Assembly: GCA_002245135.1 (NCBI GenBank)
Contig: NGBS01000338.1
Coordinates: 1-32,130 of the forward strand
Length of the DNA: 32,130 bases
Source: Proteromonas lacertae
Taxonomy: Eukaryota
Direction of reading: 5' to 3'
The position numbers were made by a program, and so were the translations under genes. Position 1 is the first letter of the stretch. Each line of letters opens with the position of its first letter. Of the stretch, positions 1-11,300 are shown piece after piece. The notes under the pieces are model-generated. The model worked only from the letters and a program-made list of their open reading frames with translations, ran no database searches and was not told where the DNA came from.

Positions 1-95
1 GCTAAAATTCATATATTCGTTTCATTTTTCTTATTTTTCATTTTTATTCAATAACCGTTCATTTGTACAACGGTTTTAACGGTCGTTATGAATCC

Positions 96-127
96 GTTAC
101 ATGTCAGTTACATAACTGACGTGTAAC
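96..127. repeat. Subterminal inverted repeat/hairpin
   Basis: gttacatgtcagtta-ca-taactgacgtgtaac: 15-bp arms with one mismatch. Confidence 0.8.
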
Positions 128-292
128 TGACGGTGTAACTTGCCGTCCGTTGTAAACATTTGTTCAATTATGTTATAGAGACTGATATAAAGCTTAGGAA
201 GGTCCATATACACCACCTAAGACTCGTTTTCACTTTCCCTTGTTTTCACTTTCCCTTTTCTTTTACTCATTTAGTTTTTGAAATGCGGATTT

Positions 293-410
293 CATAATCG
301 ATTTTCTTTCCCTTTCTTTTTTTCACTTATTTACCTAGAGAAAAGTGATCGACTTCACTTTCCCTAAGTAAGGAAGTGAAAAAAAGAAAGGGTAAGAAGA
401 ATCGGTTATG
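293..410. repeat. Long imperfect inverted repeat (~118 nt hairpin)
   Basis: cataatcgattttctttccctttctttttttcactt pairs with aagtgaaaaaaagaaagggtaagaagaatcggttatg; the inner arms ttacctagagaaaagtga / tcactttccctaagtaa also pair. Confidence 0.85.
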
Positions 411-531
411 GATTTTTTATGTTATTTTAAATAAACCCTTAAAAACACACAGTCTTCTTTTTATTTTAATTAATCTCTGTATTAGTATTTAAAATATATA
501 ATTATTTAATCATAATTAGATAAATTCATAT

Positions 532-912
532 TTACTTACTTCTTTTTTTGATATCTGCATCCATTTTCACTCTAGCTGCTAAAGCATCACATAATAAAGA
601 TAGTAATCCATTAACTGCGTAATCTAATTTGTTATCAATAAATAATTGATTATTCTCAATTAATTCTTTCTTAAATCTATTACCATCTTTTCTAATATTA
701 TCTAAATATGTGATAATTTCCAATCTTTTTTTCGTTGCATACTGATTACTATAATAATGCTTAACTTTGTCTAGTATAGCTTTTAACTTTGCTAGATTAG
801 CTATACTCTCTTCTAAATAATATAAGAAATGAATTTCTGTATATCCATTTAATGCTAATTCTCTAATGCTATTAAAAACTTTGATCCAAAATGGTATTTC
901 TTCTTGAACCAT
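532..912 (-). CDS. Hypothetical alpha-helical protein (~126 aa from MVQEEIP; alternative ATG at 945)
   Basis: Long open frame in very AT-rich DNA, divergent from pPolB; no recognised motif. Confidence 0.65.
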   Translation of the reverse strand: MVQEEIPFWIKVFNSIRELALNGYTEIHFLYYLEESIANLAKLKAILDKVKHYYSNQYATKKRLEIITYLDNIRKDGNRFKKELIENNQLFIDNKLDYAVNGLLSLLCDALAARVKMDADIKKRSK

Positions 913-996
913 TGTTATATCTCTCTGATAAACAAAATGACGCATATTAATATAGTAAATAATCAAAAAAACAATAAATTAAAGTAAAGTTAATTA

Positions 997-1058
997 TTTC
1001 TTTGATAATCAAAGAAAAAAATTTAACTATATTATTACAACTCCTTGATTATCAAGGA
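997..1058. promoter_or_regulatory. Two palindromes sharing a TTGATWATCAA core, between divergent genes
   Basis: tttctttgat-a-atcaaagaaa (997-1017) and tccttgat-t-atcaagga (1042-1058). Confidence 0.55.
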
Positions 1059-1105
1059 ATTTCAATTAGCAAATCATATTAATACATTTGGAGTTATTTT
1101 ATTGG

Positions 1106-1135
1106 GTATATTTATATATCTTTCTCGTTTTATAG
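1106..1135 (+). other. Putative 30-nt spliceosomal intron in the pPolB 5' UTR
   Basis: GTATAT...tttctcgttttaTAG, ending 6 nt before the ATG at 1142. Confidence 0.5.
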
Positions 1136-1141
1136 GTTCTA

Positions 1142-4100
1142 ATGTATCCCAGCTATCCTCCTTGGTTTAATCCGTGGTATTACCAGTCTCCAAGTACTTC
1201 TATGCCTATTCAAGGCAATAGTCAAGCAAATCAGATTCCAATGTTGCCACAAAGTTATTTTAATCCCTGGATGAACCCTTATTTTACTCCAGCTATCCCA
1301 CCACCACCATCCTATTACTATCCTCCACCATATTATGTAGGATCATTAAATCAACATCCACAACAACCTCAGCAGCAGCAGCAGCAACAACAACAACAAT
1401 CAAACACTACTAGAAGTACTAATGGAACTAGTTTCATAACACCAAGAAGAAGAACAACATCTTCAATTGTAATTGATCAACCACCTCCTCCACCTCCAAA
1501 AATACAGCGATTATCAGAAATCCCAGATGATTTATTACCAGATACACCTCCTCCTGAAGATCCACCAACACTTTCACCAATTAATGATGGACCAATTCCT
1601 GAAATACATCCTCAATCAACTACAGATGTTGAAAGAAGAAGGCAGCTACAGGAAGAAATGATTGCTCTGGATGTTGTTGATAATCATCCAGAGCAGTTGA
1701 AAACAATGTCACATCCTGAAAGAGTAAGTTTGTTACAACTTGTAGAGAGAAGTAGTAGAGACTACGAACGTACCTACGAGAAGATTATAAATGAAGAAGA
1801 TGGAAAGAAACCTGAGGATTTGTTTACCCAAATCTGCAATGCATCAAGTGATTTTATGGTTACCATACGTAACTACATAAATGAGAAGAAATTTTCTTAT
1901 ATAAAAGTTTATTTCAGATTCAGAGTAGGTTATATAGGATCCGATGAACCAGCCAATGCACAAGTAAGTTGTTACAAAACATTCGAAACAGCGCCAGAAA
2001 TTATAACTTCTCAAGAGTTAGGTACAATTGGTTCAAAGTTAAACAATGCCATGATTCGAGATTTAGGTTCAATTTTCAACACTGAAAGATCTGAACTAAA
2101 GTTCAGATATATTAAGAAGGTAGAGATGATACTGATGAAAAGTTCAATGGCTGCTGGATCCTCTACAGAAGATGACAACATAAAGTTACCAGCAAGCTCA
2201 ACAATAGAAAGTGCGTTATTAATTTAGTAAGATATAGTGAAGAATGTAAGAATATGTGCTTTTTATTTAGCGTGGCAGCTGGTTTACACTATGTAGAGTT
2301 CAAAGACCACCGTAACAGAGCAATGAAATATAAACAGTATGTAGACTTAATGGATGTAAGTAGTTTAAGGTTTCCAGTAGATGCAATTAATGATAGTGAC
2401 AGAATTGATGAGTTTGAACAGCTGAATCATATTACTATCAATATATTTACAATAGACCAGAATGAACCAATACCTTTATACGTTACCAACATAGATAAAA
2501 GAAAACACTGGCCTCATGTGAACCTATTGATATATAAAGATCATTATATGGTAATAACAAAGTTAGAAGCCTTCCTATCACCTTCTGGTAAAAGGTGTCA
2601 TAATTATTATACCAGATGCCAGTATTGTTTCTGTACTTTATCAACAGCTGATATGATAATTCAACATCAGAAAGAGAATTGTCAATTACAAAAAGGAATC
2701 ATTCGTCAATTTCCACCTCCAGATACTTTCATCAAGTTTCATAATTTCAAATACCAACAAATGATTCCTGTAGTATTATACTGGGATACAGAAGTTATAC
2801 AAGTACCAATAGATCCTTCTGAAGTAATACCTGGAGCCAAAGGAGCGTTTAAAAAACATATCCTCAGCAGTTGGTGCATTCACTTAAGTTCCAGGTACCC
2901 TGAAATCATCAGCGAAGAAACATTCTTCGGAAAACTGGAATTGCAGCAAGATCCACAAGATTTGGAGATGCAACTAGTAAAGAAGTTTGTTGAGATTCAA
3001 GATTATGTATTGAAGAAGTATGAAGATTATAAAAGTGGTGAATTGAAACCATTAGATGAAAGCACTTATATTCCAGCTCATAAAAATATCGATAAATGTA
3101 TGTGGTGCAATACACCCTTCAATGAAAACGACAGAAATAGAAGGCGAACAAGACACCATGACCATTTTACTGGTAAGTATATTGCAACCTTATGTTCAAA
3201 CTGTAATTGGCATTGTAGTTTACAACATATGCCTATACCATGTTTGGCACACAACAGTAAAAACTATGACAATAACTTTATAATACGTGGATTATCAAAG
3301 TTGGATAAAGAAATGGAAGCAAAATGGTACAATGATAATAATATTCCTATTCCAAATGATGATGATGATGATGATGATGAAGATAATGAAATTATACAAT
3401 TACCAATACCTGAACCTGAACCTGAACCAATTGCTGATAGATTAGCTGAATACAATAGAGGTATTGAAGAAGAAAAGAAACAAGAACAAGAAGCAAAAAC
3501 AGTTGATGTGATGATGAAGAAGATGCAGAAACAGAAGAAGATACTGATTCTGATTTGCCATTACCAGAAATACCACCAAATACAATTGAAATAGTTGATG
3601 AGAATGATCCAGCAAATGAAGAAGCATTTAATGAGTTGTATTACATGTTACATAGTAGAGATCATTACATATCACCAAGAACAGGCAGAAGATATTGGAT
3701 TAGAAGAAGAGATGGGAAATATTATTGTTTCACAACCTAATTCAACAACAACTGAACAACAACAACAACAACAACAACAACAACCAACACCAAGAAAGAA
3801 GAAATATCATTCAAAACTATCTGTATTGTTAAAAACTGATAATAAGTTTTTACTTATCAAGTTCATGAAGTTACACTTTATAGATAGTTGTCAATTTATG
3901 CCAGCATCATTAGATTCATTAGTAAAGTCATTGAAAGTCGAAGCTGATGCACATGCTAATCATAAAGTACTCTTTAAACCAGTTTATCAATATGTAACAC
4001 AAACAAAAGAGATAAATGATTGTTTAAAAGAGAGAAACTGGACAGTGGATGATTTTATAGCTAAGTGGGGTTTACAGAAAGGTCATTTCCCCTACGAATA

Positions 4101-6040
4101 CGTAGATAGTATTCAAAAGTTATACCTTACTGATAAATTACCTAGAAAAGAAGATTTTAAGTCTCAATTAAAACAGAATGAAGGTATATCTGATTATGAT
4201 TATGAATCATCTCAAGCTCTCTGGACTCTATTGAAATGTAAAAACTTGATGGATTACAATATGTTCTATTTAGCAATTGATGTTCTTACATTATCTAGTG
4301 TATTCGATCACTTTAGGAATGTTGTATTTAGAACGTTTACATTAGATCCATGCTGGCATGTATCATGTCCTGGTTTAGCCTGGAGTATATTCCTTAAAAA
4401 ATCCAAAGTGGATATAGAACTAATATCAGATCAAGACAAGTATGACTTTATGAGAAAAGGTCTTATTGGTGGAATTTCAATGATTGGATCTACGAGAAAA
4501 GCAGAAGCTAAAAATCATTACATGGATCCTCCATACTTTTCAGATCATACTTCTCATCCACCAAAACAAGAAACATATATTATGTATGTAGATTATAATT
4601 CTCTATATCCTTCTACAATGGCATCAATGAAATTACCCTATAAAGACTTTCAATGGGAACCAAATCCTCAATTAATTTATGATAATGTTATAACAAAATT
4701 AAAACCTTATGAGGATTTAAAAAGATCATTTATGGTAGAAGATCAGAAGCTGTGGAAGGATCCAGAGAGCAGAGGTTATATATTAGAAGTTGATATAGAA
4801 CCTCCAGATAATACAAATGGCAAGTTTTCAGAGTATCCTTTATTTCCTGAAAGAAAGATAATATTATATGAAGATTTGTCACCAACACAGAAGCAATGGG
4901 CCAGAGAATTAGGATTAGTAGCTGTCAACAAAAAGTCTGGCAAAGAAGTATTGAAGAATAATACAGCAAGAATAATATGTGATTTATCCAACAAGTATCA
5001 TTATGTTGTTCATTATCAATATCTAAACTATGCTGTGAAGTTAGGATATAAAGTAACCAAAGTATGGAGAGTAATTAGTTTTTGTGAAACAGATTATGCG
5101 TATGAATTTGTTATGCAATGCCATCTATTAAGAAAAGATGCAAAGAAGTTCCATCGAGATGCAGAAGCTGATACGTTTAAACTAATCCTGAATAGTGCAT
5201 ATGGTAAGACATGTGAGAATACTGAGAATAGATGTAGAAGTAGACTAGTTAATAATGAGGACCAATTCCTCAAATGTGTTAGCAATCCATACTTTACTGG
5301 TTTTGTTTCAATTGATGGTTGTGACTTGAGAGTGTGTAAGTTTAAAAAATACAAGTGTGCAATAGATAAGCCAAGCTATATTGGAATGTCCATTCTTTGC
5401 CAATCAAAGTATCTTATGGCAAAGTTTTGGTATGGACAATTATATCAAAAGTATAAACAAGGATTGCGTTTATTAATGACAGATACAGACTCTTTTATCT
5501 TTATGGTATGGACAGATGATATATACAAAGATATTGCTAATGATTTAAGTCTACAAGGTTGCATGGATACTGGTAATATTAATTGTGATTATCTTAAAGA
5601 GAGAGGTATTCGTTATCAGAACTATCAAAGAACAGGTGAACTGAATTTACTTAAAATGGAAGAGAACAAAAGTGATCAATTATATACAATAACAAAATTC
5701 TGTGGATTGAAAGCAAAGATGTATGCTTATGAGAAGCAAAGAGTGGATGGATTTACGCATTTAAAGGTGTCTGATAGCAGAGCAAAAGGCGTAACTAAAG
5801 GTTTCAGAATAAAGACTTGTGACTATGATTACTACAAGAATATCTTAGAAAGTAAAGAACTAAGTAAAGTTTATGTTAATCAATATAGTTTCAGAAGTGC
5901 AAAACAAGTAGTATACACAGTTAAACAACCAAAGTTAGCTTTTACAATCTTTGATATAAAGAGATTTTACTTGAATGTTTTAACTTCAATTCCTTATACT
6001 ATAAGTCGCCCACCACCACCAATGTTTACAGATATTGTCG

Positions 6041-6073
<33 letters not shown>

Positions 6074-6105
6074 TTATTAATATTGATGAAAATAGCATTA
6101 ATTAG
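1142..6105 (+). CDS. polB: Protein-primed family B DNA polymerase (pPolB), interrupted by frame breaks at ~2194, ~3509 and ~3640-3740
   Basis: LP-x-KLNNRKCVINL...CFLFSVAAGLH restored by a -1 shift; ExoI LYWDTE; EndoVII-like CxxC..HHDHFTGKY..LCSNCN; ExoII HNSKNYD; FIDS; KGHFPYEY; ExoIII YLAIDV; motif A DYNSLYPS; motif B KLILNSAYGK; motif C TDTDS; KAKMYAY. Confidence 0.95.
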
Positions 6106-6164
6106 AATAAAATGGATATATTCAATATATTTGTGTATGCTTTTACTTTTGTGTTTTTCTTCTT

Positions 6165-7457
6165 ATGCTTACTAATTCTTATTATAATCAGCCTTACACT
6201 AAGTCAAATACAAATGCAACTCAAGAACTACCACCAGGATATAAGTTTGTTGATCAAACAAACCAATCAAACCTTACGAGCAATTTTAACAATGCACCAC
6301 CGCCATTACAGAATTTTACAAGAGCGGATCCGTATGATGATGATGAAATGTCAAGACAAATCGAGCAGTATAGAGAATATTTAGATAGACTTTATGAACA
6401 GTATTATTATTTAAGTGAAAAACAGTTTATTAAATTAACTCAAGAAGCTATTGGAAAGAATGAAGTTCCACCTCCTTATGATGTTGTTAGAGAGTATCTT
6501 AGACGTAAACCAGGTCGTCAAGTAGTTGATTTCAAGTACAATAAAGATTTACCTTTTGCAACTGTTAAGAAACCAGGCTATTTTCAATTAGATATTGTCT
6601 TTTTCTTACCTCAATTATATCATTTATATATAATAGAAATAAACTCTAGAAAAGTATGGGTGATACCAATGTCAAGCAATAATGCTGTAGATATAATGAG
6701 AGCTTTTAATGCATGGTATTTTAAAACAAATGAAGATGGTTCTGAAATAGTATCAAAAAGACGTGTTGTAAGTATTTTAGCTGATTTAGAAAGTGGTTTT
6801 AGTGTAGTTAAAGAGTTCTGTGATAAGGAAGGAATAACATTCTATCAAAAAGCACCTAATGAACATAGAATAGAAGCTATATTAGATAAATCTGTAAGTG
6901 TAATAAAGAAACTATTATATAAACACTTGATAGACTTAGGAATAGAAGCACCAGAGTTTCAAGCTAATATTGATCGACGGGACAGAAGAGAAATCATCGA
7001 TCAAAAGTGGTTAGCACGTTTCAATGATATTGTACAACAAGCTGTGAATGACTATAACAACAAACCATTATCAAGTTTGAGAGATTTTACACCTAATGAA
7101 GTATACAATAGTCCTAAACTACAAAACAGAATGTTAATGGAATCAATCAAATACAATTTTAATAATGAACAAAGATTAAAAGTTCATTTTCAAGTAGGAG
7201 ATTTAGTTCGATTTAAAGAGAGAAGAAGACCTATGGATAAAAACACTTATTGGTCAGATAAGATATATCGTATTATAAAGAAGAACAGATACTCTTATAT
7301 GTTAGGAGATACAAATGGAAATTGGGATGAAGATGTGTCTCGATATAGGTTTAAGCACTATGAACTTCAATTAGTAGCTAGAAGGGATCCTGAAACAAAT
7401 TTCAGACATATTTTGGAAAGACCTCGAATCAGAAAAGGTGATAATACAATTGTGTAA
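6165..7457 (+). CDS. Retroviral-like (rve) integrase of Polinton type
   Basis: FQLDIVFF (D1), ILADLESGF (D2), AILDKSVSVIK at the usual ER..RTLK position, YNNKPLSS..FTP, and C-terminal FQVGDLVR...YWSDKIYRI. Confidence 0.88.
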   Translation: MLTNSYYNQPYTKSNTNATQELPPGYKFVDQTNQSNLTSNFNNAPPPLQNFTRADPYDDDEMSRQIEQYREYLDRLYEQYYYLSEKQFIKLTQEAIGKNEVPPPYDVVREYLRRKPGRQVVDFKYNKDLPFATVKKPGYFQLDIVFFLPQLYHLYIIEINSRKVWVIPMSSNNAVDIMRAFNAWYFKTNEDGSEIVSKRRVVSILADLESGFSVVKEFCDKEGITFYQKAPNEHRIEAILDKSVSVIKKLLYKHLIDLGIEAPEFQANIDRRDRREIIDQKWLARFNDIVQQAVNDYNNKPLSSLRDFTPNEVYNSPKLQNRMLMESIKYNFNNEQRLKVHFQVGDLVRFKERRRPMDKNTYWSDKIYRIIKKNRYSYMLGDTNGNWDEDVSRYRFKHYELQLVARRDPETNFRHILERPRIRKGDNTIV

Positions 7458-7461
7458 TTAA

Positions 7462-7899
7462 TTAATTAATTTTAAGCTGTTCTAACAACCAAGCAACATC
7501 ATAGCTATTAACTTGTTTTCTGGGTGGAGCAACAATTGTCTTTGCATTAATTACTTTTTGATTCTTCTCTGTTTTTGTTTGACCTCTTGCAAGATACAAC
7601 ACATTGTGTAATAAAAACTCCTTATCAATTGTAGATACAATAATTGGTTTGTATCTTGATGGAATGAAGATCTCGTAAAATCCATGGTTGGGAATAGGTG
7701 AAATTGTAGGACAACCAACGCTATATCTATCTTCTACAGCCTGGCCATAATTTATTACCAAAGGTGCTTTGATATTTGATGATGAGAACCATATTATATC
7801 TTTAGCTTCTTTTGGAATATATATCTTCCATCTACACTCGTCACTATACTTCTCGAATCCAAAAATAGTTTGGTCACCATGGCTAAAACAATACTTCAT
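7462..7899 (-). CDS. Hypothetical protein (145 aa)
   Basis: ATG-initiated ORF converging on the integrase at a (TAAT)n tract. Confidence 0.65.
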   Translation of the reverse strand: MKYCFSHGDQTIFGFEKYSDECRWKIYIPKEAKDIIWFSSSNIKAPLVINYGQAVEDRYSVGCPTISPIPNHGFYEIFIPSRYKPIIVSTIDKEFLLHNVLYLARGQTKTEKNQKVINAKTIVAPPRKQVNSYDVAWLLEQLKIN

Positions 7900-7954
7900 G
7901 AATTCTTAAAAAAATGTAACGAAAATGCCAAAGATCGCGAAACGAATAAATTCG

Positions 7955-7982
7955 GTATTTCTTTTATTTTTCGTTTATATAG
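7955..7982 (+). other. Putative 28-nt intron upstream of ATG 7996
   Basis: GTATTT...ttttcgtttataTAG, closely resembling the 1106-1135 candidate. Confidence 0.4.
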
Positions 7983-7995
7983 GTATCAAATAACA

Positions 7996-8310
7996 ATGGA
8001 AATGATGTTAAAAGAAAATGCAGAAGCAGCATTTGACATGTGGTTCGAATTATGCAGCACATATATCAATCACAAAGATGATGGTAGTTTGGAGTACCAA
8101 AACGCATTAAAGAAAGCAGGGAATATAATAGTAACTTGTAAGAAGCTCAATGAAGCATACAATTTAGGTTTGGATGAACAAGTGCTTGAATTGATGAATC
8201 GTTTAGAGAGTAAGAGATTAGCTACACAGTGTCTTAAAGAAGAGTTAGAAAAAGCAATAGAAGAGGTAATGCCTATACTAAATAATATTTTAAAACCCCA
8301 TAAAGATTAG
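7996..8310 (+). CDS. Hypothetical helical protein (~104 aa from MEMMLKE)
   Basis: Protein-like distal part of ORF 7870..8310; the upstream part overlaps the opposite-strand gene and an intron-like tract. Confidence 0.6.
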   Translation: MEMMLKENAEAAFDMWFELCSTYINHKDDGSLEYQNALKKAGNIIVTCKKLNEAYNLGLDEQVLELMNRLESKRLATQCLKEELEKAIEEVMPILNNILKPHKD

Positions 8311-8339
8311 ATAATAATAATTAATTAATTAATTAATTT

Positions 8340-11300
8340 TTATACTATTCCAAACTCTTTTTTCATCATTGCTACTCTTTTCTCACCTACCACTGTATTA
8401 AAATCTGTAGCCTGCTTGAATGTTCTTTTTCTATTTAATATATCGTTCAAAAAATTGATTGCGAAAAAACCACAATTACTTGTATTACTATTCTGGTTTT
8501 GAACTGCATTGATTTTTAACTGATATGGTTTTTCATGAAATTTCTTGAACTTTTTCAAACATTCTTTGAAATATTCTAGTTTCTGAGGATCCTCACCGAA
8601 AGAATCATAGTACATGAACATCTTCTTATCATTGTCTACTACTAAAGCAACCCAATGACCTACACTGTCTGGTTTTGCTTTTGTAGTGAGTGTATTGATA
8701 ATGATTCCCCACTGATCCATTTTGTTAGGTATTGGTAATATCAATTCATCCCAACAAAAACAACCTTTGAACTTCTTATCAAAATCATTGAATTCTTTTT
8801 GAATAATTTCTTCAATGTCGAAGTTCGATAATGCTCCTTTACCATTGATGTTAGTCAAAAGTATCCTTCGCGAATGTACTTTTTTGCCTCTTCCACCATA
8901 ACCGTACTGGTTCATGAGTCTCATAATCTCACTTAATTGTATTGCATTCATAGTTCCAGCTTGAAAATTTGTTAATCCATTAGGTAAATTAATTCCTTTA
9001 GGATGAAAATTTGACTCATTGTAGGTGTTGTTGACTACATCATTCTTTGGTATGATACCATTATCTAAGAATTGTGACAATCCTGAAGGAGCCATTAAAC
9101 CTGCTACTGCACCAAATGCGCTAAGTATTGTACCATATGTACCTATAGAAGTTATCCATCCTTTGACATCTGTAGCTGATTTTGGTAATGCACCTAAGAG
9201 TCCTGTAATTCCATTTTTAGTATTTATTTTATCAAAGTTTGCAAATTTAAAGAATAGTGGTGCTGCGTTTGCTAATACTTTAACATAAGGATGAGAGTTC
9301 GTGAAGAATGATGTGAATGTATTGAATAAAAATTGTAAAGGTAACCATGAATTTTGAAGTGATTCAGGTAACAACTTACTTACTTTGTCATAATTGTTAT
9401 CCATTAAAGTATAAATATCTGGTATACGATTGCCACTTAATTTTCTTATTATATCATAGTAGTCATACATGTAGTACCATAACACTGTAATGAACCCATA
9501 ATTTCCTAACTTATTCTTTCTCCATAAGTAATATGCTATACATGTAATGATAATTGTATTACAGTACTTCATTGCAACATCAACTTCTTTCATGTCTGCA
9601 GTGACACCACCATGCAAATATCCAGTGAATGTATAAAATAAGATAGGGAAAATTCTAAAAATATTCTTCACGCAGGATAATAAGTTACTCGCGAAACCAT
9701 AAAAATCACCTTCAGTCATCTTATTAAGTGCTTCCTGTAGTTGACTTCCTTCAAATTGTTTCCATTGACTGCATGCCTGTTTGAACAATTTCATACTTAT
9801 CTGAAGTCTTTTATTCAAGTCACCATTTTGCCATTCTTTAGGTACAGGATGACCTAAAACTGTTTTATTGAATTCATCATTAGTCCATTCTTTAGTATTT
9901 TGTGAATCAATCATGTTGTTTGTTCTTATTTCACCTTCATCGACTATAGTGTTTGGATCTTTTGGTAACATATCTTCAGGAATTTGTGCTGTCTCCATTC
10001 TTTTTGCAACATCTGAATTCCTTTTACCCATTTCATACAATCTTGCTCTTCTAATGATATCTTTATCTTCTTTTATTCTACTGTTTAATTGACTAAAATA
10101 TTGTTGATAATATTTAGCACTTTGTTCATCACCTCTCTGTATTGCTTGATTCATTTTAATTAATGCATCATTACGATCATTTACCAACAAATTCATTTGA
10201 AGCTTCATCTTATCTATATATGCATCATCATAGTCATAAACATTTAAGGGATCCCATGTGTGATATCTTTCCATTAAACCTGGTTTAATTATCTTTTCTA
10301 TATCATCTGTGCTTAACTTTGCTAATTCTGGATTGAATTCAGCTAATGGATCTGTTACTCTTAATATACCATTATCATATGCCTTAAAATCTTTTGCACT
10401 ATCTATAAATGAATCTTTACCCAAATATTTAAAACTTGCACGAGGATTTGAAGCATCTATATCAACAGCTGGTCTTCCCATCACCATAAGATCTTCAGCT
10501 TGTCTTCCAAAATATCCTCTATTACTATTAACATCTCTAGTTGCTAAATCACCATAAACATATCTTGGATTAATTAAAGGCTGTTGACTTGCATAATTGT
10601 TTCCTATTATTTCACCCAATTCTCTCCTACCTTGATCATTTAATTGAGGTAAAATTTCATTCAATTTCCAATCATAATCTGGTCCAACAGGTCCTGTTGG
10701 TAATTTTGCTCTGATATAGTCAGGGATTTGAGATGGCTGTAGTAAATCTTTATTTATATAGTTACCTGTTAATTCATCCCATACTTGTAAACGTGGATTT
10801 GGAAATACTAAATTCTGATGTACATCATAACCTACTTTATATGTTGGTTTAAGATATTCAAAAGTTGCTGGAATAGGTGTTGGTCTTGGTGGATGTAATG
10901 TACCTACTGGAATTCTTGTTGCTCCACCACCTGGTTGATTATTATTATTATTACTAATACTACCTCCCTTTTTTAATAATCTTTTATAATGAGAGAGATG
11001 CCTCCGTGGGAGCTTCTTTAATAACCTGTGTTTATGTTTGTGTCTTCTATACTTATCCAATTTACCTTTACCCATTATAGAATCTAAACCTCTACCTAAA
11101 TGTCTCCATGTATAACCCATATCTATAGGTGGCTGTTGAGAAGACTCTTGAAGAAAATATGGATGGACGTATCCACCCACGGCAATCGCCGTGGGTGGAT
11201 TTGTTCCATCCATATTTGCGTTATAAACAGCATTAGCTTCAGAGCTCCCCCCATATTTAAGATCAAAGCTTACATGCTTCTTTCCTGCCCCGCTTGATGT

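Noticed and set aside
3327..3794. The whole pPolB insertion as one intron
   Set aside because: This GT-AG excision creates an in-frame TGA, and the insert has coding-like triplet structure.
6112..6384. 90-aa membrane protein ORF, or an intron at 6133/6135-6191
   Set aside because: It overlaps the integrase in another frame and its hydrophobic part is simply T-rich spacer DNA. The better donor (GTATGC) does not give the integrase frame, and the integrase has its own ATG at 6165.
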